From Octopus sinensis (taxonomy: Eukaryota), in the NCBI RefSeq assembly GCF_006345805.1, contig NC_043014.1, forward strand, positions 12,152,001 to 12,216,000: a DNA stretch of 64,000 bases, written 5' to 3'. The number at the start of each line of letters is the position of its first letter. The first letter of the stretch is position 1. The notes under the pieces were generated by a model. It was given only the letters and a program-made list of their open reading frames with translations, searched no databases and was not told the DNA's origin. Of the stretch, positions 37,869 through 51,310 are shown piece after piece. The position numbers and the translations under genes are program-made.

Positions 37869-37971
37869 CTGACTGCCTCGAAGGTATTTCACCGGAGGTC
37901 GTGATACTTAATAATGGGTTGTAAAGTAAGCTCAGGTTTAATGACGTCAGGTCGTCGAACCTATAGGAATA
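37869..37971 (-). CDS. WIF1: WIF1/Shifted-like gene, internal exon (middle of the WIF domain): YSYRFDDLTSLNLSLLYNPLLSITTSGEIPSRQS
   Basis: ttctcatttcAG acceptor and GT donor, 103 bp, phase 0/1, splicing in frame to 31608-31751; matches the WIF pattern Y.Y.F..L.S....++..P.+++...G.+P. Confidence 0.9.
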
Positions 37972-38299
37972 CTGAAATGAGAAGAGAAGAAAGAAATGTT
38001 ATTTTCCAAATATAATTAATCTTATATCATACACAGACATACGGTAAGTAATATGGAAAACATTACAAAGGCTGTGAGCTAGCAGGACTGTTAGCAGGCC
38101 GGACAAAATGCTTAGCGGCATTTCGTCCGTTTTTATATTCTGAATTCAAATTCCGCCGAGGTTGATTTTGCCGTTCATCCTTTCGGGGTCGACAAAATAA
38201 GTACCAGTTCAGTACTGGGATCGATGTAACCGACTTAGTCCCTTCGCTAAAGTTGCTGGGTTGGGGCCAGAATGTGAAACCAATATGGAAAACATTGTA

Positions 38300-39048
38300 C
38301 AGGGTGATCCGAAAGCCCTGTCATCACCTGTAAATGTTGTTTTAATTTTCTATTATCAAGGAGAGAGTTTCAGTGGTGCCGCGCGTCAACGAAGAGCCTT
38401 CGACTACAAGACGACCAAAGTTTGGTTTTTTTCCAAGGTCTGGGGTCTCCCGCCCCTAAGCCCTAGACCATCACCTAATCACCCTTACCCGTCTTGTTGC
38501 TTAACAACAACAAGAGCTGAAGGACGCCGTTTCGGCAGCCTTTGCAGCAGCAATCAACAAAGACCAGCTTCGTAAGATATCACACAGGACATGCTCCTGC
38601 TTCATTCATTTTGTGCCAGGAAAATGATGGTGTTCATACAGACCTTCACGTTCCTTTTGTAGAGGCGCAATGGCCCAGTGGTTAGGGCAGCGGACTGGCG
38701 GTCGGAGGATCGCGGTTTCGATTCCCAGACCGGGCGTTGTGTGTGTTTTTTGAGCGAAAACGCCTAAAAGCTCCACGAGACTCCGGCAGGGGGTGGTGGC
38801 AACCCTTGTTGTACTCTTTCGCCCCAACTTTCTCTCACTCTCTCTTCCTGTTTCTTGAGTAACGCTGCGATGGACTTGTGTCCCGTCCAGCTGGGGGGAA
38901 CACATACGCCACAGAAACCAGGAAACCGGGTCCATGAACCTGGCTACGCTTGAAAAGGGCGCATAAATAAAGAACCGTTCCTTTTATTTTCGGCAATTGA
39001 TCTTATTACTGTTCGGTAGGGGCTGACAAGACTTTTAGGACCACCCTA
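38300..39048 (+). mobile_element. Deleted Tc1/mariner-superfamily element with a nested family C SINE (about 38659-38973)
   Basis: TIRs CAGGGTGATCCGAAAGCCCTGTCA / TGACAAGACTTTTAGGACCACCCTA with TA flanks; remnant ELKDAVSAAFAA..; the nested SINE has TSD CGTTCCTTTT. Confidence 0.72.
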
Positions 39049-39682
39049 TACAATTTTGATATTCTAATTTTGGAAGAAGTTAAGTAATTCTGAGGGAACA
39101 CATAAGTCGATTACATCGATTGACCCGAGTATTTGACTGGTACTTTAGTTTATCAATCTCGAAAAAATGAAAAGCAAAGTTGACTTCAGGGGGTATTTTT
39201 TAACACAGAATGTAAGGAGCCGGAAGAAAAGCTGCTAAGCGTTTTATCCGGTGCGATAACGATTCTGCCAACTAGCCGCCTTATTGCACAATCTTATATG
39301 CACACAATCATGCAATCATTCATACAAACACATATACACACACACATACACACACACCACACACACACACACACACACCACACACACACACACACACACC
39401 ACATTCTAAGACAGAACATGTTTCATTGTATAATTTAAGACGTACACATACACACATGCAGAAACATGAAAGAACCACATACACACTTGCGCTTTGGCAC
39501 ATTGAGAAACACAGACACACACACAAACACACACACACGCACACATACAAATTTACATTCACACACATTTAGACAAATATACCAAAATTGCACCGCAGAC
39601 ATCCACATATACGCATTTATATAAACATACCATAAATGCACCACAAAAACACACACAGATATATACACATTTACATTTCGAA

Positions 39683-39782
39683 NNNNNNNNNNNNNNNNNN
39701 NNNNNNNNNNNNNNNNNNNNNNNNNNNNNNNNNNNNNNNNNNNNNNNNNNNNNNNNNNNNNNNNNNNNNNNNNNNNNNNNNN
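39683..39782. other. Assembly gap (100 N)
   Basis: Run of N. Confidence 1.
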
Positions 39783-40084
39783 GCGGAGGCGCAATGGTCC
39801 AGTGGTAGGGTAGTGGACTCGCGGTCGGAGGATCGCGGTTTCGATTCCAGACCGGGCGTGTGTGGTGTTTATTGAGCGAAAACACCTAAAGCTCCTCGAG
39901 GCTCCGGCAGTGGGTGGGGCGACCTCTGTTGTACTCTTTCATCCCAACCTCCTCTCATTCTTTCTCCCTGTTTCTTGAGTAACGCTGCGATGGATTGACG
40001 TCACGCCACAGAACCCGGGAAACCGGGCCCGTGAGCCTGGCTAGGCTTGAAAAGGGTGCATGAATAAATATATACATGTATATA

Positions 40085-40955
40085 CAGGGTGCGGTGAATA
40101 TATTGTCGTCTAAATCATGCAAAAATGAAAATAACATCTCATTTTAACAACAGATATTACCAAAATTGCATAGAAATATCTTGGAATACTAAAGAGTAAA
40201 TCTATTCAATAAAATCACCACTGGCTTCAACCACGGCCTTCAGACGACTTTGGGTTCTTCTGCAACTCTTCAGGAAGGTCTCCTTGTTTAAGTTGGTGAA
40301 TGGTGCCATAATCCTTGTCTTCAGTTTATCTTTGGTGTTACAAGGGGTTATATTGGTCTCTCGCTCAACTGCGCCCCACATAATAATCAAGGGGGTTGCA
40401 GTCTGGCCAGGTGTTAGGAGTGATGTGGTCGCAGATTTTGTCTGACAGCCATGTCTGGGTTCTCCTGCTTGTGTGACATGGTGCAGAGTCCTGTTGCCAG
40501 ACATAGGGTCTTCCAGCAGCCACCTTTCTTAACCCAGGGCAGCACTACCTCCTCCAGGTACTTGATGTAGGCCTCCGTGTAGAGTCTGAGGCCGTGTGGG
40601 AAGATGAATGGAAGCATAATGTCGCCATCACTAGTGATCACTCCAAACACTATGATATTGACTGAATATTTGATATTTATCACTCTCGGTACATATTTTG
40701 GGGACACGGCAAGCCAACGGTTGTTCTGTGTGTTTACCATCTGTTCATATTGGAGCTTTCGGTGCGGATGCCAAGCAGTACAGCATATTGTTTCCAAATT
40801 TCTACCAGAGTGAATTGCATCATGGTGCTTTTTTTTCTCACAGAGGGTGCCCAACTGATTCTACTATACTGTGTCGTTGACAAAATCTAAAACAAACAAT
40901 GCACATGCGCGAAATTAAAAATATAAAATGGCAACTATTTAACCATCGCACCCTG
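40085..40955 (-). mobile_element. Internally deleted maT (DD37D)-type transposon, 871 bp
   Basis: CAGGGTGCG termini with TA flanks; frameshifted VFGVITSDG..WQQDSAPCHTS..WP(----)DCNPLDYYVWGAVE..VEASGDFIE. The D-D spacing is 33, or 37 if the missing PNSP is restored. Confidence 0.85.
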
Positions 40956-40958
40956 TAT

Positions 40959-40992
<34 letters not shown>

Positions 40993-42197
40993 CACACAAG
41001 TATCAGTCATTAGATTGTAGCCATGATGGGGCACTGCCTTGTGGAATTTGTAGTCAAAAATCAACCCCAGTACATTTTTAAAGCCTGGTACTTATTCTAT
41101 CGTTCTCTTTTGCCAAACCGCTAAGTTACAGGGACATAAACACACCAAAACTGGTTGCTAAGCACTGGTGGGGGACGAATACAGACATAAAGACATATAC
41201 GTACACACGCACGCATACACACACACACATATACACGACATGCTTCTTTCAGTTTGCGCTTACTAAATCCACTCAAAAGGTTTTGGTAGGTCCGAGGCTA
41301 CAGTAAACGACACTTGTCCAAAGTGCGTGGCACCTTGGGCATATGTCATTTACTGTACGAATGTATATGGCTAGGAACAATGCTTTTGGAAGGTTTGGGA
41401 CTTAGCTATCCAAAGTGGGAAGCCAATTTCTTGCAAGAGACTCTAACGGCCAAATTCTATGATTCGTACACATCATTGAAACAGAAAGGATTTATAATAT
41501 TACCATTAGATAATGGTGTTCTCCGAATGAGCATACCTAGCACCGAAAAATGTCTCTGTGAGATACATTGAGAGAAAGCTATTGGATATTATGCTATTCA
41601 GGTGTGTATGTGTGTAAAAAGATGCTACAAATTAATAGATACAAAACTTCACAGGATCAAGTTGTATATTCATAGGCGTAGGAGTGGCTGTGTGGTAAGT
41701 AGCTTGCTTACGAACCACATAGTTTCGGGTTCGGTCCCACTGCGTTGCACCTTGGGCAAGTGTCTTCTACTATAGCCTCGAGCCGACCAAAGCCTTGTGA
41801 GTGGATTAGGTAGACCGATGCTGGTGTGTTTACGCCCCCGTAACTTAGCGGTTCGGCAAAAGACACCGATAGAATAAGTACTAGGCTTCCAAAGAATAAG
41901 TCCTGGGGTCGATTTGCTCTACTAAAGGCGGTGTTCCAGCATGGCAACAGTCACATGACTGAAACAAGTAAAAGAATAAAAAGAGAGAGTAAAAGAGTAA
42001 TCAAATTTGTGAACAACCTCGAACCAATTAGAATTCCTTGGCACAGTCTGAGAAGCATCGATTATGCTGCTTCGTAAATTAGATCCTTAAAAACTTTGCA
42101 GTGACACAAGTCTTACCATAAACAAGCATGACTCATGGACGAGTGGATGTCAGAAAAATATCATGCAAATTTGACGGGGTCAGTTGTTTCGTTCCCA

Positions 42198-42737
42198 GAA
42201 TACCTATTTCTTTACTACCCACAAGAGGCTAAACACAGAGAGGTACTTATTTAATCGATCCCGAAAGGATGAAAGGCAAAGTCGACCTCGGCGGAATTTG
42301 AACTCAGAACGTAGCGGCAGACGAAATACCTATTTCTTTACTACCCACAAGGGGCTAAACACAGAGAGGACAAACAAGAACAGACAAACGGATTAAGTCG
42401 ATTAGATCGACCCCAGTGCGTAACTGGTACTTATTTAATCGATCCCGAAAGGATGAAAGGGAAAGTCAACCTCGGCGGAATTTGAACTCAGAACGTAGCG
42501 GCAGACGAAATACCTATTTCTTTACTACCCACAAGGGACTAAATACAGAGGGGACAAACAAGGACAGACAAACGGATTAAGTCGATTATATCGACCCCAG
42601 TGCGTAACTGGTACTTAATTCAATCGATCCCGAAAGGATGAAAGGCAAAGTCGATCTCGGCGGAATTTGAACTCAGAACGTAGCGGCAGACGAAATACCG
42701 CTCGGCATTTCGCCTGGCGTGCTAACGTTTCTGCCAG
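42198..42737 (-). mobile_element. Family A SINE head-to-tail array (about 3 units)
   Basis: Units joined at AAAGAAATAG|GTATTTCG. Confidence 0.85.
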
Positions 42738-43298
42738 AAGCCAATTGGTTTGTATTTAAATTTCATTGGCTTTAATTTCCTGTCAGACTTAGTTTTGATG
42801 TGTCCTTCAATAAATCTTAAGAGGCAATCATTGGGAGTTGTTGAACTGAATATGGTAGATCGTCCCTCTTCTTATTGTCAACTATATATACAGTACTTCA
42901 TGAATTGGGAAAACCGATTGCCTCTTCATCGTAGCCACCACATGACAAAACAAAGAGTATTGTTAATCTTGACTCTTTGGAATGAACAAATGAACGAATC
43001 TCACTCATTTGTGTAACAATGTGATAGAGGATCTACTAGATTCAGTCCAACAACTTTCAGTGGAACTTAAGTAGCATATTTGCTTATCATAAGTACTGTA
43101 TAAAGATCGCATCGTATGTATGTATGTATGTATGTATGTATGTATGTATGTATGTATGTATGTATGTATGTATGTATGTATGTATGTATGTATGTACGTA
43201 CGTACGTATGTATGTATGTATGTATGTATGTATGTATGTATGTATGTATGTATGTATGTATGTATGTATCTATCTATATATCTATATCTATATATCTA

Positions 43299-43346
<48 letters not shown>

Positions 43347-43402
43347 CATCTGTCTGTCTGTCTATCTATTTGTCTGTCTATCTATATGTCTGTCTGTCTG
43401 TC

Positions 43403-43434
<32 letters not shown>

Positions 43435-43666
43435 TGTATGTATGTATGTGTTTGTGTGTGTGTTTGTGTGTGTGTGAAGATTAAATCGAAACAGTAAAAA
43501 AACCGTTAACCTTTTCCTTGTAAAAATATACGACACGCTACTAATAGATATTGGGTGAGCCTTCAAGTTAGTGTTTGTTATTTTATCTATAACTAAACTA
43601 TATATAATAACAAATATCAATACAATAATGCCAACACAAACACACACACACACGAACATATGTATA

Positions 43667-43884
43667 CGAAGGGCTTCTGAAAAGTTCCTGGCTTTAAGAG
43701 TATCGCGAAAGGTCTTGTTGGAGGCCCCAGCTTCCGAGTTATTTTACCGGGCTTAGAAAAACTGAAGGACCGCTGCAACAAGTGTGTGAATTTGATAGAG
43801 GAATACGTTAAATAAAATCATAATTAACTGATCCTCCTGTATTTTCCTTTACTCAAAGCCAAGTACCTTTCAGTACCCCTTTCG
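43667..43884 (+). mobile_element. 218-bp mariner-derived MITE, copy 2
   Basis: Homologous to 9596-9813; internal GLEKLKDRCNKCVNL..EYV transposase tail; TA flanks. Confidence 0.8.
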
Positions 43885-44164
43885 TACACACTTACACACA
43901 CGTTTCGGTATTAATTTCCCTCTCAGTTTAGATTCCTCTTTCATTCTTCTCCGTGTTCGATGAAAATAAAATACCGGACAATGCACCGGATTCGATACAG
44001 ACTGGAACTAATGACGACGGGCTGGTGCTCCAGCATGGCCACATTGCAATGATCGAAAGTTGTAAAATAAAAAAAAAACATAAAAAAATTTACTGACACA
44101 TATGTGAACGTAAGTGCGTGCGTACGTGCTTGCGCGCATGCGTTTGCGTCTGTGTGTGTGTTTG

Positions 44165-44198
<34 letters not shown>

Positions 44199-44282
44199 CG
44201 TGCGTGTGTGTGCATGCGTGTACGTGCATGTGCGTGCGTGTACGTGCGTGCTTGTGCGTGCTTGTGCGCATGCGTTTACGTG

Positions 44283-44316
<34 letters not shown>

Positions 44317-44733
44317 CGTGCGTGTACGTGCGTGTGCGTGCGTGCTTGTGCGCATGCGTTTGCGTCTGTGTGTGTGTGTGGTGTGTGTGTGTGTGAGTGT
44401 GACGGAAGGGAGAAATGAAAGTGTTGATTCCTAAAAGACTTGAAAGGTCAACGGATAAAATGACATGACTTTAGAGAATCACATGATGATAAGAGTGAAA
44501 ATTTACAAATACTTCAAGCCCCTCGCAACATCCCTTTGTTTTCTCAGGTCACTCACTTCTAATTGACATTTTCCTGAATAACAAACATTCTTCTCTCTCC
44601 TCTCATTATCTCGCTTTATCTCTCTTTAACTTTTTCTCTTTTTTTTATCTCTCCTTTCCTTTGTTTTCCTTTTTTGGGCTCTTCTTTTCGCTCTTCAATT
44701 TCCCTTTCTTCCACTGTTTCTTTTTCTTTCCTC

Positions 44734-44824
<91 letters not shown>

Positions 44825-45064
44825 ATCCTTCTATCTATCTATCTTTCTATTCTTCTCCCTCTCTCTCTCTCTATCTATCTATCTATCCTTCTCTCTCTCT
44901 TTCTATCCTTCTATCTATCTATCTTTCTATTCCCCCCGCTCTCTCTCTCTCTATCTATCTATCTATCCTTCTCTCTCTCTTTCTATCCTTCTATCTATCT
45001 ATCTTTCTATTCCCCCCGCTCTCTCTCTCTCTATCTATCTATCTATCTCACTTTCTGTTTGTCA

Positions 45065-45123
<59 letters not shown>

Positions 45124-45479
45124 AATCTTTCTGTCACTCTGACTTCTTGGTTTGTTTGTTTGTTTGTTCCTTTCGTTCGTTCTTTCATCATTCGGTTTCA
45201 CTGTCTTGCTCCTCCTCTATTCGAAATTGGACCTAAAAGAAATAACTTCGTTGATTCTTATTCATTTTCATTCTTATTTATCTCTTAATATATCAAAGTT
45301 ACATGAAAAAATATTTCGATATATTTCATAGTGCACAATAAATAAAATTAAAACCAAACAAACATATATGTTTTATTATAAGAAATCCTAATAATTAGGA
45401 TGTCATTGCGAATCTGGAGAAGACATCAAACTATCAACGGACCAGTTGATGTCTATGCAAATAGCGCCATTGCGATGGG

Positions 45480-47980
45480 TCGTGCTTATCGTAGGGAATG
45501 GAAGCTCAGAGCTTCTAAGAAGTGGAAGGAAATACAGAGACTATTCTTGTAGACAACGGAGACGTAGAATTTATCAGCGTAGATAGCGGCGAAGTATAAG
45601 TTTAGTTTTGTCGACAGAGGATGAATAGATTTTTTTTTATCTTGTCCTGGATGTAACTTTAAACTGCATCCGACTGTGGGGCCCTAGTCCAAGGTTTTGA
45701 AGAATGTGGAACCACCTCATAGCCACGATAGTTCCCTGGGTGTACCTACTTCGACAGGGAGTAGTAACACCTTTTAGGGTCTCGGTGATGGGTTAATTAG
45801 CATATTAGGACATCTCTAGCTATCTTTTATCTTTTACGTTTCAGTCATTACACTGCGGCCATCCTGGGGCACCGCCTTGAATTTTTAGTCGAATGAATCT
45901 ACCCCAGGACTTATTTTTTAAGCCTGGTACTTATTCTATCGATCTCTTTTGCCGAACCGCTAAGTTACGAGGACGTAAACACACCAACACCGGTTCTCAA
46001 GCGGTAATCGGGGCTTCTTTCAGTTTCCGTCGACCAAATCCACTCACAAGGCTTTGGTCTGCCCGAGGCTAAACTAGAAGACACTTGCCGAAGGTGCCAT
46101 GCAGTAGGATTGATCCCGGAACCATGTGGTTGGTAAGCAAGCTACTTACCACACGGCCACTCCTGCGCCTATGTATAGGAAGACTGGATCCGGCGGACTC
46201 CGCGGAAGAAGCTTTCACGTTTCAACGGAAGGGAAGGTGGCCGTCAAACACAACATGAAGTGCAAAGAGCAAGATGAGGCAAGTCAGACATCTTAGTCAT
46301 TCACTGCATCTGTTTCGATCCCCAGTTGTTTTAGCCTGTTCTTGCCATTGGATTGAAGACAGCTTCGGACAAGGGTGCTCAACTCTTCTTCACTTTAAAC
46401 AAAGTCACCACGCAAATCATCAGTCATCTTAGAGGATGACCAAATGGTCCGCGTGCTCCGGCGGAAGGATACGAGGTTTTTATCATTGTAGGCACGGGAT
46501 GGCAGTGAGCTTATGTTTGTAGATAGTGGAGGGTATGAGCTTAGTATTGTAATCCAGGCACAAAACTTATCCTTGAGCTTCGTCGATGTAATGAACCTGT
46601 GTACTCTATTACTTGTTTCAGTCATTTGACTGCGGCCATGCTGGAGCACCGCCTTTAGTCGAGCAAATCGACCCCAAGACTTATTCTTTGTAAGCTTACT
46701 TATTGTAAGCGTACTTATTCTATCGGGCTCCTTTGCCGAACAGCTAAGTTACGGGGACGTAAACACACCAGCATCGGTTGTCAAGCGATGTTGGGGGAAC
46801 AAACACAGACACACAAACACATACACACACATACATATATATACATATACATATATACGACGGGATTCTTTCAGTTTCCATTCACCAAATCCACTCACAA
46901 GGCTTTGGTCGGCCCGAGGCTATAGTAGAAGACACTTGCCCAAGGTGCCACGCAGTAGGACTGAACCCGGAACCATGTGGTTGGTAAGCAAGCTACTTAC
47001 CACACAGCCACTCCTACGCCTTATGTTTACTGAGCTTATCTTGAAAGTATTGTGGAGACAGAACTTAAACTTGTTATTTAGCTTTAGATCAGCTCTGATT
47101 TAATAAACCTTTGCTCAAATGTACACCTGTCTTATCCGCCTGGTATTTTATTCAGACAGAGTGCATCTAAAACTACATTATCTATTTATTCAGGCACAGT
47201 GTATCTAGGACTACAGGATCTACGAGGGGTGTATGAAAAGTCTTGAACCTAAAAAAAAAAAACAAAAAAACAAAAACAAAACAAAACATGATACAAGACT
47301 GCTGATGAAGGTACAAGACTTCGAGGCTTAAAGGCCTTGAAGGCTCAAAACTTTTCATATATATTTCTTTACTGCCCACAAAGGGCTAAACATAGAGGGG
47401 ACAAACAAGGACAAAGGGATTAAGTCGATTACATCGACCCCAGTGTGAAACTGGTACTTTATTTATCGACCCCGAAAGGATGAAAGGCAAAGTTGACCTC
47501 GGCGGAATTTGAACTCAGAACGTAACGACAGACGAAATACCACTAAGCATTTCGCCCGGCGCTTTAACGTTTCTGCCAGCTCGTACCCCTCGTGTGGCGA
47601 GTGACTTGGTAGACCTCGTAAAGGCTTCTTCGGTTTTATTCTTGTAGGTAGTAGAAGTACTATGATTGTCCGTGAGGATAGCCAACATGTATGTCGAGCC
47701 TCTTTTTACAAATAGCGATTATAGAGTTTATCGTTACAAACAATGGAGTTCTACGGCTTATCTTTATATACAGCTGAGCTACAGAGATTATAAGCGACTG
47801 ATGGAATTACTGAACTTAAATAGGTGATAGAGGTACTGAGCTTATCCGTGCAGATAGTGGAGGTGTTGGGTTTATACGTATAGTAGAGGAACTGCACTTA
47901 GCCGTTTTCATAGCTGTGAGAGGTTTCGAGATTATCTTCGTAGATTGTAGAGTTATAAGGCTTATCTGTGTAGGTAGCTT
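45480..47980 (+). repeat. Ancient degenerate 30-bp tandem repeat fragmented by younger insertions
   Basis: Approximate consensus GAGCTTATCTTTGTAGATAGTGGAGGTACT at about 45535-45620, 46470-46590, 47028-47075 and 47630-47980. Confidence 0.6.
47223..47592. mobile_element. Short mariner-like MITE with its right TIR split by a family A SINE (47361-47583)
   Basis: Left TIR CGAGGGGTGTATGAAAAGTCTTGAACCT; right TIR AGGCTCAAAACTTTTCATA|[SINE]|TACCCCTCG. Confidence 0.7.
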
Positions 47981-49637
47981 CTTTGCTCCCATTTCGTCAT
48001 GGTTTTTTACAATAAAAATCAGTTGTTTTGCTGAAGCTTCCGGTATTTCACAGGAATTTGAATATGTTGATAGCATCACTGAGTGCACTGCAGAAAGAAT
48101 ACTAACACAGTTTGTTTTCATTTTTAATTGCTTCGGTCATTGGACTGTCGCCATGCTGGAGCATCGTCTCGAAGGGTTTAGTTGAACAAATCTACCGCAG
48201 TAGTTTTTTTTGTCTGGTACTTATTCTATCGGTCCCTTTTGTTATGGGGGACGTAAACAAACTAACACCAACTATCAAGCAGTGACAGGGAACAAACACA
48301 AACATAAAGACTCACACACATAAATACACATGAATACACATACAAGCACATATATACGACGGGCTTGCACACGCTTGACAACCGGTGTTGGTGTGTTTAT
48401 GTCCTCATAACTTAGCGTTCTGGCCTAGGAGGCCGATTAAATATGTACCAGGCTTTTAAAAAATAAATACTGGGGTTCTGGGGTTGATTCGTTCTACTAG
48501 AGTTCTTCAAGGCGGTGCTCCAGCATGGCCGCAGTCCAGTGACTGAGACAAGCAAGTCACGTACTGATTTCGAACCAGTCTTTCATTTGTTTCGGCCATG
48601 CTGGGGCACTATCTTGAAAGGTTTAGCCGAACAAATCGACACCTGTACTTCCGTTTTATTATACTCTTTACTCTTTTACTTGTTTCAGGCATGTGACTGC
48701 GGCCATGCTGGAGCACCGCCTTTAGTCGAGCAAATCGACCCCAGGACTTATTTTTTGTAAGCCTAGTACTTATTCTATCGGTCTCTTTTGTCGAACCGCT
48801 AAGTTACGGGGACGTAAACACACCATCATCGGTTGTCAAGCGATGTTGGGGTGGGGGCAAACACAGACACACAAACATATACACACACATACATAAATAT
48901 ATATCTATGCATATATACGACAGGCTTCTTTCAGTTTCCGCCTACCAAATCCACTCACAAGGCTTTGGTCGGCCTGAGGCTATAGTAGAAAACACTTGCC
49001 TAAGGTGCCACTTGTGGTTGGTAAGCAAGCTACTAACCACACAGTCACTCTTGCGTCTATTTTATTAAAAAAGAATTTTTTTTTCTAATATCTGATATTT
49101 ATTCTTTCATCCCCTTTTGCCGAAGTGCTATGTTACGAAAACGTTAATAAACCAACACCGGTTGTCAAGCGGAGTGAAGGGACAAACGCAAACACGAAGA
49201 AGCGTGCGTGCACATACACGTATGTACGACGAGCTTCCATAGAGTTTTCGTCTAGCAAATCTACTCACGAGGCATTGATCAGCCCAAGCCTATAGTGGGA
49301 GACATGCACTGGGATTAAATCCGGAACCATGTGGTTGGGAAGCAAGTTTCTTACCACACAACCACACTACCGCCCATATATATATATGTATATATACGTA
49401 TATATATATATACATTTATATATATATATATTTTTACTCTTTTACTTGTTTCAGTCATTTGACTGCGGCCATGCTGGAGCACCGCCTTTAGTCGAGCAAG
49501 TCGACCCCAGAACTTATTCTTTGTAAGCCTAGTATTTATTCTATCGGGCCATTTTGCCGAACCGCTAAGTTACGGGGACGTAAACACCAGCATCGGTTGT
49601 CAAGCGATGTTGGTGGGACAAACACAGACACACAAAC

Positions 49638-49726
<89 letters not shown>

Positions 49727-49966
49727 TACGATGGGCTCCTTTCAGTTTCCATCTCCCAAATCCACTCACAAGGCTTTGGTCGGCCCGAGGCTAAAGTAGA
49801 AGACACTTGCCCAAGGTGCCACGCAATGGGACTGGACCTAGAACCATGTGGTTGGTAAGTAGGCTACTTACTACACAGCCATTCCTGTATATATATACAT
49901 ATATATATATATATATGTGTGACTGTTGAGAATTTTTGCCGCCTTGTAGGGATAATAATCCCCATT

Positions 49967-50382
49967 GAAGGCGGCGAGCTGGCAGAAACGTTAGCACGCA
50001 GGGCGAAATGCGTAGCCGTATGTCGTCTGCCGTTACGTTCTGAGTTCAAATTCCTCCGAGGTCGACTTTGCCTTTCATCCTTTCGGGGTATTAAATAAGT
50101 ACCAGTTACGCACTGGGGTCGATGTAATCGAATTAATCCGTTTGTGTGTCCTTGTTTGTCCTCTCTGTGTTTAGCCCCCTGTGGGTAGTAAAGAAATAGG
50201 TATTTCGTCTGCCGCTACGTTCTGAGTTCAAATTCCGCCGAGGTCGACTTTGCCTTTCATCCTTTCGGGGTCGATTAAATAAGTTGCAGTTACGCACTGG
50301 GGTCGATGTAATCGACTTAGTTCCTTTGTCTGTCATTGTTTGTCCCCTCTATATTTAGCCCCTTGTGGGCAATAAAGAATTA
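49967..50382 (+). mobile_element. Family A SINE dimer within a single 13-bp TSD
   Basis: AATAATCCCCATT at 49954-49966 and 50383-50395. Confidence 0.85.
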
Positions 50383-51278
50383 AATAATCCCCATTTTTTC
50401 TGCTGTTTTAACTGTGTTCGAAATATCAGTCTTGTTTGTAATCGTACGATACACATTCGATGCTTCTAAAAACCAAATGTAAATTTGCTTGTATACACAC
50501 ATGGTTGTTAAGTATGTATGTGTTGTGTGTGCGTGCGTGTGTGTGTGTGCGCGCGCAATTCTTTTTGCTTCAGGATGGCCACAGTCCAGTGACTGCAATA
50601 AGTAAGAACAGAAAAGAAACACCGAAAAGTTAATGACAAGTTAATGACTTGGAATATATTATATATTTAATGACTTTGGTACCGTGAGTTCAAATGTTGC
50701 CTGGTTCAATTTTACCGAGGAATCCGAGCAATCAGTAAACAATCAAATGGGGTGAAATATTATTTGATCTTCGTAATGGCTACCACTGCTACTGTTGCTG
50801 CCACTGCTACTGCTGCCGCTGCTGCTGTTGTTGTTGCCGAGCAGAGCTATAATCAGAAACTTCAGTGCAAGGCTGTACTCATGTACCTTGGACTACATTA
50901 TTATAATGTATCTTACGCTAGGTTTTTGAGGGAGATTTGGGTGCTGTGTCTATCAGACCGAGTGACCACGTAAAAGATTTCTTGGTGGGGGTTGGCTCTT
51001 TACTCGAACTTTTGTGACCTGAACATAATCATGAATGGAAAATTGGTTTTCCTAACCTTTGACCCTAGAAACATTCGTTAGCGAAGCCGTTAAAAACAAA
51101 ACAAAAACACACAAAAAAAAAACAAACAAACAAAACAACTATAAAACTAGTGTTATATATCACAACTAGAAATATTGCAAGAATAGCAACAACTAGAATG
51201 ACTACAGCAGTAGCAAAGAATAAAAAAATTTAAAAAAAACTTCATAGAGGAATGCATCATGCCTAACCTATGTATGTG

Positions 51279-51310
<32 letters not shown>

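Noticed and set aside
47816-48121. LINE endonuclease-like ORF
   Set aside because: The resemblance is better explained by the degenerate 30-bp repeat; no catalytic motifs.
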